From an uncultured Pseudomonadales bacterium (GTDB lineage Bacteria; Patescibacteriota; Microgenomatia; UBA1400; MFAQ01): 64,000 nt of DNA. The stretch spans positions 6,621 to 70,620 of the forward strand of contig CAZDXN010000002.1 of the NCBI GenBank assembly GCA_964509695.1, in the 5' to 3' direction. The notes below the pieces were generated by a model that ran no database searches, was not told the DNA's origin, and saw only the letters and a program-made list of their open reading frames with translations. The position numbers and the translations under genes were made by a program. This document shows positions 1-13,291 of the stretch, piece by piece (within the stretch, counting starts at the first letter, position 1; each line of letters opens with the position of its first letter).

Positions 1-19
1 TTACGCTGTTGCACTTAGT

Positions 20-367
20 TTGAAGTTACCGTTCTATGCTGTTGGGGTGGTAGTGGGCTTAGTAAGTCTTCTCTTGTCATTTGAGAGCCTTTGGAGTGTC
101 GATCTAAAGACAGAACATTTGGATGACGTCTATTTGTTGTCGATCGTGATTGGTTGGATGATGACTTTGTTTGGCTTCGTGGTCTCTTTTTGGCCGGTAG
201 CCCCTTTTATGGGGGGACTCTTGTTAACGGCTTGTTTTTACTCATTGCTTGGAATATTGGAGCAAAGATTGGTAAACAAGATGGGGGCAGCGAATTATTT
301 GGAATTTTTAATTTTTAATTTGATTATTGTCCTGATTGCTTTTTTTACAGCGTCCTGGAGGGGATGA
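20..367 (+). CDS. small polytopic membrane protein, function unknown; the frame is open back to position 2, so the start may lie upstream of the window
   Basis: The ORF-track protein is almost entirely hydrophobic helices (FYAVGVVVGLVSLLLSF, IFNLIIVLIAFFTA). No family motif recognised. Confidence 0.4.
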   Translation: MKLPFYAVGVVVGLVSLLLSFESLWSVDLKTEHLDDVYLLSIVIGWMMTLFGFVVSFWPVAPFMGGLLLTACFYSLLGILEQRLVNKMGAANYLEFLIFNLIIVLIAFFTASWRG

Positions 368-506
368 TTAATTTTCAATTTTCAATTTTCAGATTTAGAG
401 TGACGAAGTGGGGTAGTGGCCTATAATGGTTTAAGGCCTATAATTAACGGTGTTTTCACGAATTCCTATAGTTTTCACGCCCACCAGCTGGCGAGTTGGC
501 GTCTGT

Positions 507-515
507 TGTGGATAA
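507..515 (-). promoter_or_regulatory. perfect DnaA-box consensus (TTATCCACA read on the minus strand)
   Basis: The plus strand reads tgtggataa. It sits between two copies of the palindrome ccagctggcg (484-493 and 524-533). A one-mismatch box (tgtagataa) is at 937-945. Confidence 0.3.
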
Positions 516-1137
516 CTGCTAATCCGCCAGCTGGCGGAGGCACGAATAGGTTTAATTGATGCAGAATGATATGGTCGGGAAGGTAGGAGCCCCGACTCTC
601 AATTTATTTGAATTTTGCCTTGTATTCTGTTCTCTTCTCGGGAACTGACGCTGCTATTATTCAGAATTAATTTCTGGTGATTAATTAAATGACCCCGTTA
701 ACACTCCTCTACCATTGGGGAGTTATCCCTTATCTGTTGTTTGTAGGTATAGACGCTATGTCGTGGAATGTAGGATTCACGACGTAATGAAGATTGATGG
801 TGTTGGGAGAAGTGGTCTTTATATCTTTGTTAATAGCGGATAAAATCCCGAAACCTTTCGTTCATTAATCATTCTGTGACCATAAGCCCCGGATTCTTTT
901 TGCTACTCCGATGGTATCCGCTCTAATAATTGTATTTGTAGATAAACCCGAATCTTTTGCGCTTTAATCAATTGAAGTATTTGATTTGTATGATTAACTA
1001 GTCACGGAATATTGTTGAAGCCTTTTTAGAGCCATTGTACGGGCTTGGAGCCGTGATTTAGCCTCAAAAATCCCGTCGTCCCACAACATTGGCCGAAGGT
1101 TTTGAATGTCTCGACGGGACGTTGACAATTGTCTTGT

Positions 1138-1196
1138 CGTTCCCGCGGAAGCGGGAATCTATACAAATAGATTCCGGGTCAAGCCCGGAATGACAG
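1138..1196. repeat. MITE-like double-hairpin repeat (GGAATCTATA / ATAGATTCC...GGAATGAC family)
   Basis: Hairpins ttcccgc-ggaa-gcgggaa and attccggg-tcaag-cccggaat are joined by ctatacaaatag. The same architecture occurs at 21148, 22296 and 22388. Confidence 0.7.
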
Positions 1197-1327
1197 ATTA
1201 ATATTCTTTAACTTACGATTACTTGGAAATAATTATTGTTGTAATATTATGGGCTTGGTACCTTTTGTTTGTGTTTTGATGTCGTACATTCTATGATGGA
1301 GCTGGTGAGGTTTTACTCCCCTACTAA

Positions 1328-2272
1328 ATGGCAAAGACAAAAGCTGACGATGTTTCATTGGAAAGATTAATTAATCGATACTTGTCATATATCGAAATCG
1401 AGAAGAACTATTCTCCTTATACTATAGAAAAATATAAACACTATCTTGAAACCTTCCAGAAGTGGTTTCTGAAACATTACCAGCAAGAATACATTCAGAG
1501 ACTGACATCGGAAATAGTAAGAAGCTATCGAATATTTTTGTCACATCATGAGAACGATCAAGGTCGAACAATGTCGATTTCAACTCAGAGTTACTACATC
1601 ATTGGATTGAGGGCGTTTTTGCGATATTTGGCTAGAAAAGGAATTAAGTCACTGGCGCCAGAAAAAATTGACTTGCCCAAAGCTGAAAGTCATTCTCTAA
1701 AGTTTCTTTCCCGAGAGCAGGTAGAGCGATTGTTAGAGATGCCAAACTTACAGAAAATTGAAGGATTGCGCGATCGGGCGATTCTTGAAGTATTGTTTAG
1801 TACGGGACTGCGGGTTTCGGAGATGATGAAGCTTGATCGGGACAAGATTGATCTGAAGCAGCGGGAGTTTGGAATTATAGGGAAAGGCCGACGACCCCGG
1901 GTCGTTTTCTTGACAGAGCGGGCCGCGACTTGGTTGGAACGATATATGAAGAGTCGTGAGGATTCGAACAAGCCATTGTGGATTCGATTATCGGGTAAGA
2001 AAACGGATCCAACCAGTTCGAGTGAGAAAATGCGCTTGACGGTACGAACAATTCAGCGGATTGTCGAAAAATATCGTCTCATGGCCGGTCTTCCTGTCAA
2101 GGTTTCTCCCCACGTATTGCGCCATTCATTCGCAACCTCTCTCCTTCAAAATGGAGCTGATCTTCGGAGTGTTCAGGAAATGTTGGGGCACAAGAATGTG
2201 TCAACGACCCAAATCTATACACACGTCACCAACCCTCAACTAAAGCAAATACATGATAAATTTTTGAAATAG
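1328..2272 (+). CDS. site-specific tyrosine recombinase, XerC/XerD family
   Basis: N-terminal SAM-like core-binding domain. C-terminal catalytic motifs GLRVSE, HVLRHSFATSLLQNGADLRSVQEMLGH and IYTHV (R-H-R-Y set). Confidence 0.85.
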   Translation: MAKTKADDVSLERLINRYLSYIEIEKNYSPYTIEKYKHYLETFQKWFLKHYQQEYIQRLTSEIVRSYRIFLSHHENDQGRTMSISTQSYYIIGLRAFLRYLARKGIKSLAPEKIDLPKAESHSLKFLSREQVERLLEMPNLQKIEGLRDRAILEVLFSTGLRVSEMMKLDRDKIDLKQREFGIIGKGRRPRVVFLTERAATWLERYMKSREDSNKPLWIRLSGKKTDPTSSSEKMRLTVRTIQRIVEKYRLMAGLPVKVSPHVLRHSFATSLLQNGADLRSVQEMLGHKNVSTTQIYTHVTNPQLKQIHDKFLK

Positions 2273-2333
2273 GATCTGAGAGAGGCTGGTTGACTTACTA
2301 TAAATGAATCGATTTATTTATAGTTATAGTGGG

Positions 2334-2786
2334 TTAGCGGAGGGAGTTTCTGGCGGACCGTGCTTTTTGACGTTGATATTTTTCCTTGCCGGCCAAATGC
2401 CAGTCGGTGCTGCGGCCAGGAGGTAGTTTGTCCATGATTTCCTCAAACCTATCGAGAAGTGATCCCCAGTTTCCTTCTTCGATGAGCATTTCGATGATTT
2501 TCTTTGTTCGCGGTTTGGCGTTTTTTTCCCACGAAGCGACCCCACCAATGGTTGAAAACGATACATGTAATATTCTGGCGATCTCAATGGGCCTCTTTCC
2601 CCTACCCAAAAGAATGGCTATCATGAAACGTTTGGTTAACATTGTCTGTTCGGTCTGGGTAAGGATATCGGTAAAAAAATCTGAGACGTCTGAGGTGGAT
2701 TTGAGTCGAGAAATTGATTCCCAGAATTGGATAAACATTTCTGATTCTATAGTTTTGTCTAGCTTTTTTCTTGAAACCTGTGCCAC
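2334..2786 (-). CDS. TrpR / YerC-YecD-like DNA-binding protein
   Basis: LTQTEQTMLTKRFMIAILLGRGKRPIEIARILHVSFSTI resembles the Trp-repressor-like HTH family. Confidence 0.55.
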   Translation of the reverse strand: MAQVSRKKLDKTIESEMFIQFWESISRLKSTSDVSDFFTDILTQTEQTMLTKRFMIAILLGRGKRPIEIARILHVSFSTIGGVASWEKNAKPRTKKIIEMLIEEGNWGSLLDRFEEIMDKLPPGRSTDWHLAGKEKYQRQKARSARNSLR

Positions 2787-2840
2787 TTAATCAAGTATAA
2801 ATGAATCGATTGATTTTGACAAATAAATGCTAGTGGGGGC

Positions 2841-3263
2841 TTAGGTTATTTCCAGAAAGATCTTGCGATGAGTTGGGATCATTGGCTGGGGTGGTTCAAA
2901 GTAGAATTTTTGTTTTTCTGATTCCTTTACCTGTGATTTGACTACTCTAACTAAATAAACTAAATGAATTACGTGCCCACGTGGTTCTTGAAGATCCTCA
3001 TCGAGTTGAAGCAGCTTGAATTGCTCACAAGCAAGATTGACATTGACTTCTTCCTTGGCGATACGTTTGATACTTTCAGCCACGGTTTCATTCAGGAGTA
3101 GAAAACTACCAGGGACGTGCCACATTCCGACATATGGATCTTTGTCTCGTTTGGTAAATAGAACCCCCCCCACTTCGTTTTTTATCCAGAGGTCAATTGC
3201 AATTCTGGGTGCGAGTTTGAAACTTTCGACGAATTGGGCGTAGGGTAGTTTTTGGACTGGCAT
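2841..3263 (-). CDS. NUDIX-family hydrolase; start placed at the internal Met MPVQKL because the ORF-track 5' extension overlaps gyrA
   Basis: Degenerate Nudix box PGSFLLLNETVAESIKRIAKEEVNV. The ATG at 3263 lies 2 nt from the gyrA stop. Confidence 0.5.
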   Translation of the reverse strand: MPVQKLPYAQFVESFKLAPRIAIDLWIKNEVGGVLFTKRDKDPYVGMWHVPGSFLLLNETVAESIKRIAKEEVNVNLACEQFKLLQLDEDLQEPRGHVIHLVYLVRVVKSQVKESEKQKFYFEPPQPMIPTHRKIFLEIT

Positions 3264-3264
3264 G

Positions 3265-5913
3265 TTATTTCTTTTCTTCGAGAATTTCGGTGTCGGAGAC
3301 GGTCGCGACTGCGGCGACGCTGTCACCCGATTTTCCAAAGCGCATCAAGATCACCCCTTGAGTGGAGCGTTGGAGCTGAGGAATATTTCTGATGGGGAGT
3401 TTGATCGCTTGACCCTCCCGGGTCGTGATTAGAAGTTCAATATCCTTTTCGGTGATACTAAGGGCGTTGGCGATCAGGCCGGTTTTGTCGGCAATTTCGG
3501 CGACCTTGACCCCCTGCCCGCCACGCTTTTGGGTGGGATATTGGGTTAGCGGGGTTCGTTTCCCCATCCCCTTCTCGGTGACGATAAGAAGGTCGGTGAA
3601 GATTTTTTTCTTTTTATTTTCACTTATAGTTGTGGGATCAAAGCTCTTCATGGCGACGACGTAGTCTTCTGAGGCCAACATAATTCCGCGAACTCCCATG
3701 GTGTCCCGACCGGTAGCCCGAACGTCCCCTTCCGGGAATCTGATTGATTTCCCGTGTTTGGTGACCAGTAAAATATGGTCGGTTCCGACGGTGCGATTAA
3801 CCCAGACCAATTGATCACTCTTCTCCAGTTTTAGGGCAATTAATCCGTTGTTTCTAATGTTTTGGTAATCCCCTATTTTGGTACGTTTGACAGTGCCGTC
3901 TTTGGTTGTAAAGAAGAGGTAGAATTTGTTGGAAAAAACTTCTTTGTTGACAGGAAGAAGTGATTGAATGGTTTCATCGGTTTCGATATTGATGAGATTG
4001 ATGATCGCCTGCCCCTTGCTGATTCGGCTTCCTTCCGGCAATTCCCAAGTCTTTAAACTAAAAACTCGGCCTTTGCTGGTAAAAACCAAGAGTGAATCGT
4101 GAGTGTTGGCGGCGGTAAGAAGACTAACTTCATCGGTATCCTTAACAGTCATACCGGCGACACCTTTGCCTCCCCTTCTCTGGCTCTTGAAGGTATCGAT
4201 GGGCATGCGTTTGATATAACCGGTTTTGGTTAGGGTGATAATGGTTTCTTCGTTGGGGATCAGATCCTCTTCGGAGAACTCGCCAACAGCATTTTTGTAA
4301 ATTTTGGTTTTTCGGGGATCACCGTAAATTTCAGAAAGTTCTTTGAGTTCGTCTTTGATTATTTGAAGTACCTGTTTCGGATTCTTTAGAACAGTAATGA
4401 GGAAGATAATCCGTTTCATCAGCTCGTCATACTCACCCTGAAGTTTAGCTCGCTCGAGGTGAGCCAGTTTCTTGAGTTGCATTTCTAGAATTGCTAAAGA
4501 TTGAAGTTCTGAGAAATCAAATTTGCTCATTAGGTTCGTCTTGGCCGCTTCGGTGCTCTCACTTTCTTTGATGGTTTTGATGACTTCGTCGATGACGTCC
4601 AGGGCCTTGAGCAAACCTTCCAGGATGTGGGCGCGCGCCTTGGCGTCCTTCAACTCGAATTGACTGCGACGGACGATAACCAGCTGACGGTGTTGACAAT
4701 ACTCGACGAGCATTTGCTTGAGGTTCATCAGGTGCGGAATTCCCTCGGAACTGAGGGCGACCATATTTCCAGGGAAACTACTTTGGAGTTCAGTGTGTTT
4801 GTAGAGGTTGTTGAGAACGCTCTTGGGTTTGGCGTCGCGCTTTAATTCGACGACGACGGTCATCCCCTTTCGGTCCGATTCGTCACGGAGATCAGAAATA
4901 CCGTCGAGCTTCTTCTTCTTCACCAGATCGGCGATGTGGGTGATGAGCTTGGCTTTGTTGACCTGATAAGGTAATTGGGTGATGACGATTTGGAAACGAC
5001 CACTCTTTTTTTCAATAATTTCGGCCACTCCCCGATTGACGATGCTGGCTTTGCCAGTGAGGTAGAGTTTTTTGATTTCGTTTTGGTCGAAGATTTGGCC
5101 GGCGGTTGGGAAATCGGGACCCTTGATGTGCTCGACGAGTTCTTCGATTTCGATGTTGGCTTCCAGCTTGCCAACTAAGACTTTGCTGTCAGCGGTTTCT
5201 AGGTCTTCCTCTTTTATTTCTCCGATTCCGGTGATGACGCTTTTATCAATTAAAGTGCTAATTGCCTTGACGACCTCATTGAGATTGTGGGGTGGAATTT
5301 TGGTGGCCATACCGACAGCAATGCCGTCCGAACCCATTAACAATAGGTTTGGAAGTTTTGCCGGTAATACTGTTGGTTCTTGCTGACTGCCATCAAAGTT
5401 GTCAATAAAATCAACCGTCTTTTTGTCGATGTCCTCAAGAAGAGGCTCGGCAATTTTGGAAAGACGAGCTTCGGTGTAACGCATAGCGGCGGGCATATCA
5501 CCATCGACGGAACCGAAGTTGCCCTGTCCATCAATCAGAGGGTAACGCATGGAAAAGTCCTGAGCCAAGCGGACCATGGTCTGGTAAACTGCCTGATCGC
5601 CGTGGGGGTGGAACTTACCCAAAACTTCTCCGACGACACGAGCCGACTTTTTGTAGGCCGATCGATAGGTTAGACCCATTTCCTTCATTGCGAAGAGAAT
5701 GCGGCGGTGAACCGGTTTCAAACCATCGCGGACATCGGGCAGGGCTCGGGCGACGATGACGGACATGGCGTAGTCGAGGTAGGACCGCTCCATTTCCTCG
5801 ATAATCTTGACCGGTTTGATCTGACCATAACTGGTCTCCTGCATACCCCAAGATTGTTCTATGTCTGATTCTTCGAGGGCCTCGACTGTTAGCTTCTTTT
5901 CTTCGTTATCCAT
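3265..5913 (-). CDS. gyrA: DNA gyrase subunit A
   Basis: 882 aa. [18 protein letters not shown], the active-site region AAMRYTE and C-terminal beta-pinwheel repeats. Confidence 0.97.
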   Translation of the reverse strand: MDNEEKKLTVEALEESDIEQSWGMQETSYGQIKPVKIIEEMERSYLDYAMSVIVARALPDVRDGLKPVHRRILFAMKEMGLTYRSAYKKSARVVGEVLGKFHPHGDQAVYQTMVRLAQDFSMRYPLIDGQGNFGSVDGDMPAAMRYTEARLSKIAEPLLEDIDKKTVDFIDNFDGSQQEPTVLPAKLPNLLLMGSDGIAVGMATKIPPHNLNEVVKAISTLIDKSVITGIGEIKEEDLETADSKVLVGKLEANIEIEELVEHIKGPDFPTAGQIFDQNEIKKLYLTGKASIVNRGVAEIIEKKSGRFQIVITQLPYQVNKAKLITHIADLVKKKKLDGISDLRDESDRKGMTVVVELKRDAKPKSVLNNLYKHTELQSSFPGNMVALSSEGIPHLMNLKQMLVEYCQHRQLVIVRRSQFELKDAKARAHILEGLLKALDVIDEVIKTIKESESTEAAKTNLMSKFDFSELQSLAILEMQLKKLAHLERAKLQGEYDELMKRIIFLITVLKNPKQVLQIIKDELKELSEIYGDPRKTKIYKNAVGEFSEEDLIPNEETIITLTKTGYIKRMPIDTFKSQRRGGKGVAGMTVKDTDEVSLLTAANTHDSLLVFTSKGRVFSLKTWELPEGSRISKGQAIINLINIETDETIQSLLPVNKEVFSNKFYLFFTTKDGTVKRTKIGDYQNIRNNGLIALKLEKSDQLVWVNRTVGTDHILLVTKHGKSIRFPEGDVRATGRDTMGVRGIMLASEDYVVAMKSFDPTTISENKKKKIFTDLLIVTEKGMGKRTPLTQYPTQKRGGQGVKVAEIADKTGLIANALSITEKDIELLITTREGQAIKLPIRNIPQLQRSTQGVILMRFGKSGDSVAAVATVSDTEILEEKK

Positions 5914-6424
5914 GGCGAGCTACCCCTTCTTTGATAATTTTTTCGGCTTCTTCTTTTCCCTGCCAGCCGGAAACCTTGACCCACTTGCCGGGTTCGATTG
6001 ATTTGTAATTTTCGTAAAAGTGTTTGATTCGGTCTTTGACAATGGCGGGGAGATCATCAAGAGTTTCGATTTCTTTGTAAAATGGGTCGACCTTGACCTT
6101 GGGTAAGGCGATTATTTTGGGGTCAATCCCCTCTTCATCTTCGGTAATTAGCGTGCCGAGGAGCCTAACTTGGACGAGACAGCCTTGGAGAATCGGCTGG
6201 GAGGAAACGACCACGATGTCGAGAGGATCTTTGTCTTCGCTTAGGGTTCCCGGAATGAAGCCGTAGTTGAATGGGAATGAAAAGGCGGTGTAGTTAAAAC
6301 GATCGACTTCGATAATACCAAGTTCCGGGCGGTATTCATATTTTGCATTCGAGCCAATCGGGATTTCGATGATGGCATTATAAAGGCCGTCTTCGGCGGT
6401 GGCACTGATTTTTTTGAGGTCCAT
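5906..6424 (-). CDS. ppa: inorganic pyrophosphatase (family I)
   Basis: [29 protein letters not shown] motifs. Confidence 0.9.
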   Translation of the reverse strand: MDLKKISATAEDGLYNAIIEIPIGSNAKYEYRPELGIIEVDRFNYTAFSFPFNYGFIPGTLSEDKDPLDIVVVSSQPILQGCLVQVRLLGTLITEDEEGIDPKIIALPKVKVDPFYKEIETLDDLPAIVKDRIKHFYENYKSIEPGKWVKVSGWQGKEEAEKIIKEGVARHG

Positions 6425-6463
6425 TTTTATTTAATATTCTATTAATTTGTAATTATTTTATTT

Positions 6464-6497
6464 CTATAGATTCCTACGCGAGTACGCTCGCAATGAC
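6464..6497. repeat. single unit of the ATAGATTCC-hairpin-AATGAC repeat family
   Basis: ctatagattcctac-gcgag-tacg-ctcgc-aatgac, in the ppa/gyrB intergenic region. Confidence 0.55.
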
Positions 6498-6503
6498 GGT
6501 TGG

Positions 6504-9141
<2,638 letters not shown>

Positions 9142-9167
9142 CTTTTTTTATATTGTACAGTTAAGTT

Positions 9168-10874
9168 ATGGACCTTATTAGTGTATTGGCTGAGGGTGGG
9201 AAGTTGACGGCGGACCAGGTCGCCAAAGCTCGGGTGGAAATTGCCAGTTCTGCAAAAAGTCAGCTGGATATAGTCAAAGAACTAGGAGTGACCGATGAAG
9301 AGACACTATCAAGGGCGAGAGCTGACGTTTGGGGAATCCCCTATTTTGACCAAGACAGTTTGGTCCTCTCTCCGGAGCTACTTAATCTGGTGCCAAAGTC
9401 AGTCGTAGATACTTATAAGGTGGTTCCCTTTTCTCATGATAGTAAAAATGGTGTTTTGACGGTGGTAATGAGTGATCCTCAAGATCTTTCGGCAATTGAT
9501 TTCTTGGAAAAGAGATCTGGAATGAGAGTCGGGGTCATGATGACCTCGGTGACGAGGTTGGCGGCATTGATAGATCAAAATTATGCCCAGAGTTTGATTG
9601 GAGAGGTGACTGAGGTTTTGAAAAAGGGAGAAGAGGAAGAAGAAGAAACATCGGGGGTAATTACGGCCGAGTCGATGGCTCGGATCATCAAAGAGCCAAA
9701 GATCGTGGAGATTGTCAAGAAAGTTTTGGAGTATGCTATTAAATTTCGAGCGACCGACGTCCACATAGAGCCTTTGGAAAACATAACCAGAGTCAGATAT
9801 AGAATTGACGGAATATTGGAGGAAAGACTTCGGCTGGATCGGCAGTATCATGCCGCTTTGGTTTCCAGAATCAAAATATTGGGTGGAATGAAGATTGATG
9901 AGAAACGGATGCCTCAAGATGGAAGATTTGCTTTTAAGTCGGATCAGGGCGAGGTCGACCTTCGCATCTCTAGTCTTCCGACAGCTCATGGGGAAAAGAT
10001 TGTGATGAGGCTTTTACCAAAAAGTCAAAAAATTCCGACCTTGCAAGAATTGGGTCTGAGGGGAAAGGCGTTGAAGAATTTGGAAGAAGCGGTTCTAATT
10101 CCCCACGGGATTATTTTGATCACCGGTCCGACCGGTTCTGGTAAGACGACAACCCTTTATTCACTGATCAGCAAGATTAATACTCCAAAGGTAAATATTG
10201 TCACCCTCGAGGATCCGATTGAATACCAAATGCATGGGGTGAACCAAGTTCAGATCAACCCTCAGGCGGGTCTAACCTTTGCTTCGGGGTTGCGATCTTT
10301 TCTACGTCAGGACCCGAATATCATCATGGTTGGCGAAATTCGCGATGAAGAAACGGCAGAACTGGCGATTCAGGCTTCGCTGACTGGTCACTTGGTTTTT
10401 TCAACACTGCACACGAACTCTGCGGCGGGGGCACTCCCCCGCTTGATTGATATGAAGGCGGAGCCGTTTCTTCTGGCTAGCTCGATGACGGCGATAGTAG
10501 CCCAGCGTGTTTTGAGAAAGATTTGTGAGAATTGTAAAACTGCGTATGTTCCAGATCCGACAGTTGTGGCCGATCTGAAGGCTATCTTGGGCGACTATTA
10601 CCAAAGCCTTGTCAAGGGGGCGGAATTTTCACTATCTAAAGGGAAGGGCTGTGACCAATGTGGACAGTCGGGCTATTTTGGAAGAGTGGCAATTTTCGAG
10701 GTTTTACCGGTCTCCTCTAATGTTGCGAAGATGATAATGCAGAGGTTGGACGCGGCGACAATTGAAAAACAGGCTGTTACCGAAGGAATGCTATTGATGA
10801 AGCAGGATGGATACATCAAGGTTCTTGAGGGTCTGACTACGATTGAGGAGGTATTAAGAGTGGCGCAGATTTAG
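9168..10874 (+). CDS. pilB: type IV pilus assembly ATPase (GspE/PilB family)
   Basis: N-terminal MshEN/T2SSE_N-like domains, Walker A GPTGSGKTT, Asp/His boxes and the tetracysteine CENC...CDQC. Confidence 0.9.
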   Translation: MDLISVLAEGGKLTADQVAKARVEIASSAKSQLDIVKELGVTDEETLSRARADVWGIPYFDQDSLVLSPELLNLVPKSVVDTYKVVPFSHDSKNGVLTVVMSDPQDLSAIDFLEKRSGMRVGVMMTSVTRLAALIDQNYAQSLIGEVTEVLKKGEEEEEETSGVITAESMARIIKEPKIVEIVKKVLEYAIKFRATDVHIEPLENITRVRYRIDGILEERLRLDRQYHAALVSRIKILGGMKIDEKRMPQDGRFAFKSDQGEVDLRISSLPTAHGEKIVMRLLPKSQKIPTLQELGLRGKALKNLEEAVLIPHGIILITGPTGSGKTTTLYSLISKINTPKVNIVTLEDPIEYQMHGVNQVQINPQAGLTFASGLRSFLRQDPNIIMVGEIRDEETAELAIQASLTGHLVFSTLHTNSAAGALPRLIDMKAEPFLLASSMTAIVAQRVLRKICENCKTAYVPDPTVVADLKAILGDYYQSLVKGAEFSLSKGKGCDQCGQSGYFGRVAIFEVLPVSSNVAKMIMQRLDAATIEKQAVTEGMLLMKQDGYIKVLEGLTTIEEVLRVAQI

Positions 10875-10928
10875 AAGTTACGAATCTACGAATTTAGGAA
10901 TTTAAGAAAAAAGAAAGAAGAATAAAAA

Positions 10929-11993
10929 ATGGGGAAGATAAATGATTTGTTGAAAATTGTTCTCGATAGCGGATCGTCTGATCTGCATTTGGTGGTGGGT
11001 TCACCGCCGACCTTACGAACTCACGGAAAACTAAGTTTTGTCGAAAATGAAATCGCTCTTGATTCCGCTACGGCGGCGCAATTGGTGATGGAGACCATGA
11101 AGCCGGACCAGAAAGAGCTTTTTTTGAAGCAGAAGGAGTGGGACTACTCCTATGCAATTCCCGGAGTGGCTCGTTTCCGGGTCAATGCCTATACCCAGAA
11201 GAGTACTGTCGCGGCGGCGTTTCGTTTGATACCGGAGATAATCCCGACAATCGACGACCTTGCCTTGCCGACAATTTGCCATACGTTCGCGCAGCTTCAT
11301 CAGGGGTTCATTCTAGTGACCGGACCGACAGGTCAGGGGAAAAGTTCAACCCTGGCGGCGATCCTAGAAGAAATTAACGCGACTAGGGCTGAGCATATCG
11401 TAACGATTGAGGATCCGGTCGAGTTCGTCTATCAAAACAAGAAATCGATCGTTTCGCAAAGGGAACTTGGCGGCGACACAGATTCATTCACCAGAGCCTT
11501 GAAGTCGGTTCTGCGAGAGGACCCAAACGTAGTCCTAGTGGGTGAAATGCGGGATTTGGAAACGATGAAAGCGGCGATGACGACAGCTGAGACGGGACAC
11601 CTGGTCTTTGCCACCTTGCATACAAATAGTGCTTCGCAAACAGTTGATCGGGTAATCGACTCATTCCCGCAGGAACAACAGGAGCAGATTAGATCTCAGC
11701 TGGCGACTTCACTGGAGGCGGTATTTTCTCAGCGATTGATACCGACTAAGGATGGCAAGCGGGCAGTGGCGGTGGAGGTGATGGTGTCGACTCCGGCGGT
11801 GAAAAGCAATATTCGCGAAGGAAAGACTCATCAGATTGATAACATTATTCAAACTAGTGCCGAGGTGGGCATGATTCTTTTGGAGTCGAGTTTGGCGAAT
11901 TTGGTGAACCGAGGGATAGTAGATAAGGACGTGGCGTATAAATATGCCAATCACCCGTCGGTGTTGGCCAGACTTATCGGAGAATTGAAATGA
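10929..11993 (+). CDS. pilT: twitching-motility retraction ATPase
   Basis: SDLHLVVGSPP, Walker A GPTGQGKSS, VGEMRDLET, TGHLVFATLHT. The TGA stop overlaps the pilC ATG. Confidence 0.9.
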   Translation: MGKINDLLKIVLDSGSSDLHLVVGSPPTLRTHGKLSFVENEIALDSATAAQLVMETMKPDQKELFLKQKEWDYSYAIPGVARFRVNAYTQKSTVAAAFRLIPEIIPTIDDLALPTICHTFAQLHQGFILVTGPTGQGKSSTLAAILEEINATRAEHIVTIEDPVEFVYQNKKSIVSQRELGGDTDSFTRALKSVLREDPNVVLVGEMRDLETMKAAMTTAETGHLVFATLHTNSASQTVDRVIDSFPQEQQEQIRSQLATSLEAVFSQRLIPTKDGKRAVAVEVMVSTPAVKSNIREGKTHQIDNIIQTSAEVGMILLESSLANLVNRGIVDKDVAYKYANHPSVLARLIGELK

Positions 11994-13192
11994 AAAGATT
12001 TAGCTATCGTGTCATTGGCGAATCGAATAAGCAGGAAGGAGGATTGGTCGAAGCTAACAATTTGCCTCAGGCGGCAGCCATCCTCAGGGGGAAGAAGATG
12101 ACGATTGTTTCTCTTCGAGAACTTAAGGGAAGTACCTTTGACGAACTCTTTGCATCGGTCGGAAAACCGAAGTTCGAGGAAATCTCAAACTTCACTAGAC
12201 AGCTTTCGACGATGATCGCCTCCGGCCTGCCTTTGGTCGAGGCATTGCGGATATTGAAAGATCAAAGTAAGCCGAAAATGGCGGCGATAATCGAGAAGGT
12301 TTTGGCCGAGGTTGAGGGAGGGTCTTCGCTTGGAGCGGCCTTGGAAAAGACCGAGGGAACCTTCAATAGTGTCTACGTGGCCTTGGTCAAGGCGGGAGAG
12401 TCGGCCGGGATGTTGGATGAGATCATGAGCAAGATGGCTGATACTTTGGACAAACAACGCGAGTTTCGAAACAAAACCAAGGGGGCCTTGATCTATCCGG
12501 CAATCGTGTCGGTTGGAATGGTTTTGGTGGCGACAGTCATGATGATTTTTGTGGTCCCCAAAATGACCCAAATGTACAAGGACTTTGGAGCCAAATTGCC
12601 CTTGCCGACCCTGATTCTGATTGGGATTTCTGATTTTATGGTCAATTACTGGTATCTCCTTTTCGGATTATTGGCAGTGGGGCTGTTTTTTTTCCGTCGT
12701 TGGGCAAAGACACCGGTTGGGGTGTTGATAGTGGAACAGACTATTTTCAAAATTCCGGTCTGGGGAGTGCTCAAGAAGGATGTGATGCTGGCTGAATTTT
12801 CCCGGACGATGGGAATGCTCTCTTCGGCGGCGATTCCGATTCTGGACGGTTTGAGAATCGTGGCCGATACTCTGGGGAGTCAGATATACGGCGACCAGAT
12901 CCGGCGAGCAGCCAATCGAGTGGAGAAAGGTTCGACTCTGGCGGATGCAATCGCTACGGCTTCTGAATTTCCGCCAATATTGTCGCAGATGATCGCTGTA
13001 GGAGAGCAAACGGGAAAGGTTGATCAGATATTGGGAAGATTGGCTGACTTTTATGAATCTCAGTCGGAGCTGAAGGTAAAAGCCCTAACCACGGCAATCG
13101 AGCCAATTATTATGGTAGTTATGGGAATTGGAGTTGGATTTTTGGTGATGGCGGTGATCATGCCGATATACAATTTGACGAACCAGTTCTAG
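11990..13192 (+). CDS. pilC: type IV pilus platform protein (GspF/PilC family)
   Basis: Two T2SSF repeats and three TM segments. Position between pilT and the pilin gene. Confidence 0.9.
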   Translation: MKRFSYRVIGESNKQEGGLVEANNLPQAAAILRGKKMTIVSLRELKGSTFDELFASVGKPKFEEISNFTRQLSTMIASGLPLVEALRILKDQSKPKMAAIIEKVLAEVEGGSSLGAALEKTEGTFNSVYVALVKAGESAGMLDEIMSKMADTLDKQREFRNKTKGALIYPAIVSVGMVLVATVMMIFVVPKMTQMYKDFGAKLPLPTLILIGISDFMVNYWYLLFGLLAVGLFFFRRWAKTPVGVLIVEQTIFKIPVWGVLKKDVMLAEFSRTMGMLSSAAIPILDGLRIVADTLGSQIYGDQIRRAANRVEKGSTLADAIATASEFPPILSQMIAVGEQTGKVDQILGRLADFYESQSELKVKALTTAIEPIIMVVMGIGVGFLVMAVIMPIYNLTNQF

Positions 13193-13224
13193 AGAGGTGG
13201 GTAAGATTAGGCATAAATTGCCAT

Positions 13225-13253
13225 TTGACAAGGATGGTATAAGTGTCTACATT
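13225..13253 (+). promoter_or_regulatory. candidate sigma70-type promoter for the major pilin gene (TTGACA-17 nt-TACATT)
   Basis: Hexamers read directly at 13225-13230 and 13248-13253, about 40 nt upstream of the pilin ATG. Confidence 0.35.
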
Positions 13254-13291
13254 GGATACAGAGACCAATTATTATAAATTGTCTAAATAAA

